Shown one piece after another: positions 56,205 to 64,000 of a stretch of 64,000 nt of DNA (position 1 is its first letter; every line of letters starts with the position of its first letter). The position numbers and the translations under genes were made by a program. Origin of the DNA: Haplodiscus bocki (taxonomy: Eukaryota); contig OZ296651.1 of the NCBI GenBank assembly GCA_965655095.1, positions 10,974,001 through 11,038,000 on the forward strand, in the 5' to 3' direction. The notes under the pieces are model-generated. The model saw only the letters and a list, made by a program, of their open reading frames with translations, was not told the origin of the DNA and did not search any database.

Positions 56205-56510
56205 ATATATGCTTTTACTCTTCAACAGCATGTAATTTCTTATACAACAAAACTACGCTCAGCAGTAAGCGTGTGTATGCTTTTACTTTTAAACAGGATG
56301 TAATTTTTTTAATGCGCGTCAGTAAGCGTGTATATTCTTCTTGTCCTAAACAGGATGCATATTTTTTGTATGTGAATATACAACTGTCAATATATGAAAA
56401 AAATTGTGGGTAAATATAAAAGAAGCAAAATGCTTATTTAAACGTTTTTTTCTGGCTGCAGAATTTTTTTGACTGGGGTCTGTGTCTGTAACGCGGATTC
56501 TGTCTCTGCT
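56205..56510 (-). repeat. Right TIR with three ~60-bp subterminal repeats
   Basis: Ends GACTGGGGTCTGTGTCTGTAACGCGGATTCTGTCTCTGCT. AACAG(G/C)ATG-core units at ~56224, 56292 and 56349, with CAGTAAGCGTGT at 56263 and 56320. Confidence 0.88.
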
Positions 56511-57285
56511 GTCGTGTCGTATGCTGTTTGAACATTCAGCAGTTTGAAATCCATTAGATGAAAGCAGAATGCATCATTAAGCAATCCGAACTGTACAGGT
56601 ATGCATCAGAGTTTTTTAGCATAAGATGAAAAGTAATGCCCATATTTTTACTATCCTCTTTTTTCTGCGCGTTTTGCAAACGTCTTTGTCATTGACAGAC
56701 TGGGTGAGGCTGATCGCTAGAACCGGAATTGTCCCTGCTTACTTCTTTTTCTTTTTTTTTGTGTTTACGTTCTATCGTCTCCCCCCCTCCCGGCTTCAAT
56801 CTAGACCGAACATCACTTGTTTAGTCGTGTACTTGAGGTAGTCGTAGCTCAGATTGAAATGTTCAAGTAATATTCTCGAATTTGTCAATTTAATTTGCAT
56901 CTTGTTTTCCGCTTTTTCAAAAAAGTGACCATTAATCGCGTCGAAGAACTGCAAACACTTCAAGTCGTCGAAAATTGACCAATAGATCATTGTATCCAAA
57001 ATTTTCGACGCTTCGCATAGTCTGCAATTTTTAGACGCGAGGGGATTTTTTGCTAAATTCGTTGAATTCCATTTTTGCTACTCTGAATTCTTAGCGCTTA
57101 ATGCCTAGCATCCTTGATGCCTGTGTTTTAAAAAAATACATTAACAATAAATAGGTACGAGAAATACCTGTCCAAGAAGTTGAGAGGCGTGGTTGCACTT
57201 AACAAGCTGGAAAACCTATGGCTGAAAATGAGAGTAATTACTTTTGAGTTTCAAAAAAGCCCTCCCCTAGTTTTTTTAGATCAGC

Positions 57286-58135
57286 ATGGCTTCCAAAAAA
57301 TTGATTAACCCAAGAATTTTTATGGACGTTGTAATTTCCTCATCCAAGAAAGCGCCCTCTGGTGGAAGAATTGTGATGGAGCTGTACGCAAACCATACCC
57401 CCAAAACAGTTGAGAACTTCAGGGCCCTGTGTACGGGCGAAAAGGGATTCGGATACAAAGGAAGCCGCTTCCACAGAATTATCCCGCAATTTATGTGTCA
57501 AGGAGGAGATTTCACAGCTGGGAATGGTACAGGCGGCAAAAGCATTTACGGGCAGAAGTTTGAGGATGAGAATTTTGTAATGAAGCATACAAAACCTGGT
57601 TTGTTGTCGATGGCCAATGCTGGACCCAACACGAATGGTAGTCAGTTTTTCATTACTGTTGCAGGTACCTTCTTCTATTTTTGGAAAAAAAAACATATTG
57701 GGCTAAGTTGCTTGTCTTTGGACCATCCAGTAGTGTAAATTCAGATAAAAAATCTTTTTTGACTTCTAAAACTAACTGAGTTTCCATAAACCTATCATTA
57801 TTTCAGCAGCGTTTACAATAAAGTTTGCTAAATATAGACATTTTCTAATTCTCAGTTGAGCTCCTTTTGCCAATTTTTGGATTAAAATTAAGTTTTCTTT
57901 TCATGCAACTGCCCCAAAAAGTGGAAACTGTGATTTTGATTGAATAATTCGCCCGTCGTACTTTGTGTTTCGAACAGAAACTCCTTGGCTAGATGGCAAA
58001 CATGTCGTGTTTGGAGAAGTTGTCGAGGGTATGAATCACGTGCGAGAAATGGAGGCTGTCGGTACAAGGACAGGAATGCCCACTGCTGACGTCTTCATTG
58101 ACGACTGTGGTGAAGTCACTCCGAAAGAGGAGTAG
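57286..58135 (+). CDS. Cyclophilin-type peptidyl-prolyl isomerase (CypA/CypD-like), 178 aa; join(57286..57664,57978..58135)
   Basis: Contains [35 protein letters not shown] and [18 protein letters not shown] phase-1 GT-AG intron joins to [23 protein letters not shown]. Catalytic Arg and cyclosporin-binding Trp are present. Confidence 0.98.
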
Positions 58136-61100
58136 AGTTTACGTCATCAGTCACGTTTTGAAGAAGGGCTTTCCTTGTTTTTGATTGATTTTTTCTCCTA
58201 CCTTGATGAATGAAATATGAAATTTATTCTAGATATTGTTTGTCTTTTTTTTTCAAAAATTTCTAGAGTGTTTCAACGGAATTACTTCAAACAAGTTGAG
58301 CAAAGATGCGCTAGAGAATGTTACAAAATGCAAACAAATAAGGGTAGGCAGAGTTAACTAGCTAACTAATTGACATTTATTGGAATCAATAAAAAAATCA
58401 GTGATATTAAAAGCATTACAACTGAAAAGACGTACAATTATGAAAACGTCAGATAACTGCTGAATAAACTTTCTAGAAATACAAGATTTCACAATGAGCA
58501 GATTGCCTACAACAACATGATCCCTGCTTTCAGGGAGGCGAGTTTTGAACCTTTGGGGCGATTAGCAATTATATGCAACAGATAGTCGAATGGTCATCAA
58601 TATTGGAAGCTTCAATTACTGCATGATGGATAAATTGGCACTATGAAATTAGCTGCCAAGAGCGCCAGCAGCGGCAGCATATGTAGCAATATGGAACTCG
58701 GGATAAGAACCCTGGACCAGAGCAGTGTTGCCGTCTGAACTACCAGAAGCTATAGAAGTTAATGCTCCGGCTGCTGGACTCACTTGACCGAACGCACATC
58801 GTTGCTGGTGCGGTTAGCATGTTGCATTGATAGGTTCATTGGGAGAAAGTGTGAGCCATGACGTTGATGTTCTGGGCATGTTAGTCTCCTGGTGGATTAC
58901 GGCACCATCGAGCTGACCTTGGTTGTACCCGCCTATTATCTCCATTTCCTGCTGAAAGCATCCATTGCGGCCACAGGGCATTTGTACCCAGAGGCTCCGA
59001 AGGCATCCCGGAACTGACATGCCGCTTGGCAAATTGGCAGTGTTGTTAGAAAAGACTGGTAGGAAATAACACCTGAGGCGTGTAATAACTCTAGGTAGCC
59101 ACAGGGCTCATTGTGGTAAAGGTTTCATGGTGGTGATTGTTGACTTCATTCAAGAGTTGGCACCATTTGGTCGTTTCCGACAAGCAAATTGGCATGCGAT
59201 ACTCGCCCCTTTTCGACAAGTACTTTCCCAATGAAATTACCCTTTACCGTGTTGAACTTGCTTAAGCAAGTGTTACATCACGTGCTTCTGAATTCTTTTT
59301 TTCCGATCCGTTCACAACTCGAATAAAATTCTAAATTGACCAAAGAGAGGAGGAACCTTCCTACACCTGGGACTTTTTACGCTGCAGTCGCGTGCTTTAC
59401 GCGCCATGCGATTGACGCTTGAGAATCGGTCTTTTCTTTGAAGTATCAAGCGAATGAAATCATAAAGCGTTTATTGTAAATAAATGTGGAAGAATTAACT
59501 GAGGTTCTGTACACTTGTTATCAGTAGTTTTACGTAGTATCGTGCCCTCTCAAAATTCAATTATCTTGAGTCGACTTGCGCACTATTATTCCGATGATGC
59601 AAGTGTTGCAAAGCACATCCTTGCCTCTATCTATTTTGTGGCGAAACATTTCTGGAGGAACGGAGATTCCGAAAAACACTGCGCTTGGAGATTTCGCAGA
59701 CTGAACGCACAAATACCCAGAACCGGCTCATTGCCTATTATGGGTGTGCAAATCATATCTGTTGGAAGCTTCAGTCAGTACACTACGTGGATGCCGGTTT
59801 TTCTGAAAATGAACCGCAAAGAGCTGATGGGTAAGGCGTGGAAAGATTATCCGAGAATGTTCGGCGTATTATCATGTTGGCAATGATGCGCTGATTGATA
59901 ACGCTCGGCCTCTGGTGGGACTGCTTAGAGACTTGCGGCCGAGGTTTGAAAGATATTTATGCTCAGCGCGACTAGTCATCGGGACACGCAAAGAAGAAGC
60001 GAGGAGTCAGCTACTAGTCTCAAACACGATTTGTTGGGGATTGGAGCGGCTGTCTGACTCTTTCTGTCATTGTTAAATATCTTTTCATCCTGAGCGGGTG
60101 TCGATGCAAAGTGCTGTTGAAGCTTGCAAAGGGCATACCCTGGTGGAATCAATTGCGCCATTTTTGCTGCAACACCATGAAGGCAGCACTGCGTCTCCCG
60201 GTCTCGATTTGAAGTCCGGCAGTGTATAGGAAGGTTCGAGTAAAGGTGCATGGTTTGTGGACCTGCAAGTTTGGAATTTCTGGTCTCTGTTTCCATTTTG
60301 ACACCACATGTTCTCACCAGGTATCCTCATGATCCAATGGTCGCCAATTGTGTCTAACAGGTTTGATTTGCTGGCTGGGCAAAAGGTAAAAGAAAATAGG
60401 GGCACCCAAAAGTGACTACAGAGAACCAGAATCTCATGCGAAGACATTTGGAGCCCCAAATTTTGAACTGGTGGATGTGCAAATAACCAGGTTCTTGTCG
60501 TTGAGAATATAACAAATTTTTTCTTTCGAGTTATAATTTGGGCTTCCTGATAGACAGATCGGAGTTTGGGCTCCAGTAACTTCCTTATTTCATTCTTGGG
60601 AGTCCTTTTTTGGACTACTTTTTGCTAATGAATAATCATATAGGCTGCCCTTGGGCAGATAGCCTATCCTAGTTTTCTTACAATTGAGCTAGATGCAATT
60701 GTCTGAGCTTTTTCTTCAATGATGATTACGTAAGTATAAAGACCGAAGTTGAAGTCAGTCACAAGACCGAAATGAAAGCGAAGTGTGGCACGTTGAAACT
60801 TCCAGATCACAAAATTTTTCATCTTCAAATTAAAATGAAGTCGAAGTTCAGCTTCAGGCAGATGAATTCTTTTTCAACCGGAGCTGTACTAAATTTTCAA
60901 TTTCTTTGGAGGAGGTTCATTTTCAGATTACAATTTGCGCGTTTAAAAACCTCAATTTCCAAAAAGTTTTGTTGCTCTTTTGTGTTTTTATCAACTGAGT
61001 TTAACAAAAGTAGTCGGATTATCAGAACTTTCGTGCCAATGGTTAAAGTGGCTTGTCTAGCGTAATGCATTAATGGATTTCCAAAGTACTGTTATGATTT

Positions 61101-62321
61101 CAAACTGGTTTTGCCTAAATTTTGATAATTATATCAACATAGAATTATATCAACATTATTTGATTTTACAAGTAATACAGTTGTAATGAATATCTTATAA
61201 CATGAACAGTAGGATTTTGGTTATTTTACACATTTGGCCACTTTTGATATCATACAAGATATTTCAAATGATATCTCTAAGGTTTGATTGTTTCCTTTTC
61301 AAAATACGTGATTGCTATTCAGAGACTTTTCATGGCTGACAACAATTTATCCAGTTCGAACGGTATCTGAATGAAGCCTCACAAGAACTTGACAACTATC
61401 TTCTGAAGCTAAGCTATTAAAGCTATTGAATGGTAATTTATAGCTTAGCTTTCAAAATGTTTTAGGCCTTAAGCGACAAAAAAATGGACCGAAAATAGTG
61501 ATAACCTCTCCAAATTGTGCCCAAATCTTTGAGCCTGACGGATGCGAAAGCGGATTTTGAGTTGTACTCGGCTTGTTCCAAGTTGAAAACAAGATGAAAG
61601 ATCTTTTTCATTTTTAGTGTACGACACTTCGAGACTCCTTGATATATTCATCCCAGTGTCTTCGGACTTAAAGTTTAAGCTCAAAATTATGAAGTAGGAT
61701 TTTTTTGGAACTTTTGCGTTTTCATGAGCCAGAATCCAAGAAAAGAATCGGCAGAATTTTTGCCACTCTTATCAAGTTTATTGTCTGTCTTTGGTAGTAC
61801 GAAAAATGAAAATCAACTTATAGATATGGAACTTGGCAATGAATTGAAAGTCTTGCAAGTGGCTGTGCTGTTCTGTTGGTGCTAAAATAAAGTTCATCAT
61901 AAATTTTCCGTGCTGAATCTTTGACACTTGAAATCCTTCTTAGAGGACAACTCGTTGATTTTTTGCCAAATAGTCGCAATAGAGATTCTGGACGGCACGA
62001 ATCGTGCCTAAATGAAAAAAAAATAAATTCAACCAAAAATTTTGATTCGTAGTTTTCAATGAGCCAAATTGCTGAGAGTTAATTAACTTCGGCTAATTTA
62101 GTTCCACTCGATGCGATATTTTTGGACCACTAAGGCTTGTGGTTAACCGTAAAGTCTTTTCAGATACGGCAACCGGTGATGTTAAAATGGTATCAGCCAA
62201 CTTTCAAAAACCTATTGCGTCAAATGCCAACAATCCTTTTATCAGTGAGAGTGCTTCAAAAGCTATGATGTTTTGACGAAAGTAGAAATTCTTTCCACTG
62301 AAACGATTGTCAATAATTAAC

Positions 62322-62888
62322 ATGAATATCGATGGCATCGCTGAAAGCACTGACGTCACCGCATTCACTGACGTCACGTGCCTTAATGGGTGTCTTTTTG
62401 AAAAGAATTTTATTCACTGCACTACATTTTTGCCCGCTTCATGTCTTCCCTCTATTTTTCTGAAGAAAGCTTCCGAAGGACATAGTACGTCCGATATGAC
62501 AAAAATAGAAAACATGCATATTGGAATCTTGCTTCATGACGGCATTGTTCTTCATTACTTTTCTGGTGGGCTTTCATTGGCTGAAAAATGGACCAATTGC
62601 GTCAAAGTACCTATTCCAATGTTAGAGGTGAAAGAGATCAGGAGTGCGCTGTTGCAATATTGTGTTGCTTTGATCAGTTCCGACAGATTCGAGAAAGAAA
62701 AATGGTGGTCGGGAAAAAATTATGACGGAGAGAACAATAATTGCTTGGATTTTGTTTTACATTGTTTAATTAGATCTTGTGCCATACAGAAGGAGACTTC
62801 GAAACATGATTTTGTGTCTCAGTTCATTTCTCCATTTTGGTGCGAGTGTTTCATGACGAAGTTTTGTACTTCTGAGAGTGAATCATGA
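62322..62888 (+). CDS. MKRN2OS-like protein (permuted papain-like fold), 188 aa from first ATG
   Basis: NMHIGILLHDGIVLHYFSGG..W..C..VP, WSGKNYDGENNNCLDFV and SKHDFVSQFISP parallel the MKRN2OS motifs LHVGITxxxGxVYNY, WxxxxYxxxxHNCY and KxEFxxxYVxP. Confidence 0.75.
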   Translation: MNIDGIAESTDVTAFTDVTCLNGCLFEKNFIHCTTFLPASCLPSIFLKKASEGHSTSDMTKIENMHIGILLHDGIVLHYFSGGLSLAEKWTNCVKVPIPMLEVKEIRSALLQYCVALISSDRFEKEKWWSGKNYDGENNNCLDFVLHCLIRSCAIQKETSKHDFVSQFISPFWCECFMTKFCTSESES

Positions 62889-63618
62889 GTTTTGTTGACG
62901 ATTATTCAAAAATTTTCTTGACGATTCATTGCTTCGACTGGATATTTTGGAGTTTCGTCGGAAGTTGCTCTCAGAATGTTGGATTAGTGTTATTGTTAGA
63001 ATAGTTTAGCATATTACTGACCCCCACCCTCCTAATTGAGGATGCTGGGCTAATTTTATGGACGATGGCCAATCTCTCCACTCTCAAGTGAATGAGACAT
63101 GGGAATTTTAACACAAACTCGCTCACACCCGACTAAGATGTTAATTTTAACCAAAAAAAAAGTGGGTATAAAAGAATGAACCTTTAACGAATCTGTTCGG
63201 TGACAAATTTCGATTTTTTTTCAAAATTTCTCTTTCGAATGGTTAAATGCGGAATCAGCATTCATTTATTGAAGTGGCCTTGAAGAAGATTTGCCGATGA
63301 CGTACTCAAAACATTGGAAGTATTTTCTGTGGAATTTTCTGCCGCTAATTGAGTAAATACTAAATACCCTATCTTAGTCAGTTTTTGTAGATTGTACTCA
63401 TGTATATTTGTCGCCTATTAACAAATATATTGTATATATTTGAGAAAATCATGATTTCCTTTGAATTTACAATAAATAATCTTAAATATTGCATTTCATG
63501 AACGACCGACTAACCTACTAGAATAGTAAAGATTCAAAATTTAATTTTGAATTATGTAGTTTTTACGGCAGAAGAAACCTCATCAGAAATGCTGTGAATT
63601 TCAGTGCTGTATGATATA

Positions 63619-63826
63619 ATGGAAGAGGCTGCGTCTGCTGCTGATGATGTTGCTGCAACTGGTAGCAGTAGTGACAAAAACCAAGACGATGTGTCCCCTC
63701 AAAAAAATTCCGAGCAAACTGCAGCTGATGAAAACACCAATGAAGCACAGCCTGTTGCTGTGAAAATTGAAAACGAGTCTCCAGTGAAGATATCCTCCTT
63801 GGGAACTAATGAAAACTGCGAACAAG
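63619..63826 (+). CDS. Exon of an acidic low-complexity protein, probably continuing beyond the window
   Basis: MEEAASAADDVAATGSSSDKNQDD..ENCEQ, with acceptor TTTCAG at 63604, donor G|GTTCAG at 63827 and a strong downstream acceptor T10CAG at 63924. Confidence 0.55.
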
Positions 63827-64000
63827 GTTCAGAAATTTAGTGTCATCTTGGTTTCGCGAAAATCTGAGCTCACCCGGTCTTGATGACCCCAGATGACTTA
63901 TATTCAAATCGTTTTTTTTTTCAGCTCAAAAAGGATTGAAGGTTTCGTAAAACACTGAAGATAAGTTGCTAACCGTATCATTGAGAATACTGCACCTCAG

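Larger units (their letters stand above)
49673..56510. mobile_element. Polinton/Maverick-derived endogenous element, 6838 bp, non-autonomous and decayed
   Basis: Termini 5'-AG...CT-3' with ~210-240-bp TIRs and a possible decayed 6-bp TSD (TTCTTG / GTCGTG). Contains penton-like, packaging-ATPase-like and other Polinton-type pseudogenes in a dense, intronless, very AT-rich arrangement. Confidence 0.88.

Overview
AT-rich, intron-containing eukaryotic DNA, most likely from an invertebrate animal (inferred from the metazoan-type beta-tubulin and its conserved intron positions). The window is repeat-rich and gene-poor. Intact host genes are a 3-exon beta-tubulin (15664-17444 +), a 2-exon cyclophilin (57286-58135 +) and a single-exon MKRN2OS-like permuted papain-fold protein (62322-62888 +). 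There is also a candidate 4-exon orphan membrane-protein gene that the ORF track does not show (5325-6115 +) and the start of an acidic protein at the right edge. Mobile DNA includes: an old full-length Mag-like Ty3/Gypsy element (24184-29951); a 1.24-kb internally deleted hAT element with an 8-bp TSD, a nearby empty-site paralog and a transposase resembling oomycete families (38625-39867); two inverted copies of a ~2.5-kb element with a tRNA-like head and a ~175-bp tandem array (about 6850-9350 and 35100-37600); and a 6.8-kb TIR-bounded Polinton/Maverick-derived element (49673-56510). The last is the most notable. It keeps decayed virion-module genes and a RING/U-box + GFD-repeat + DUF4116-like cargo, but I see no polymerase, integrase or major capsid gene. 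Family assignments come from manual motif recognition; no database searches were run.
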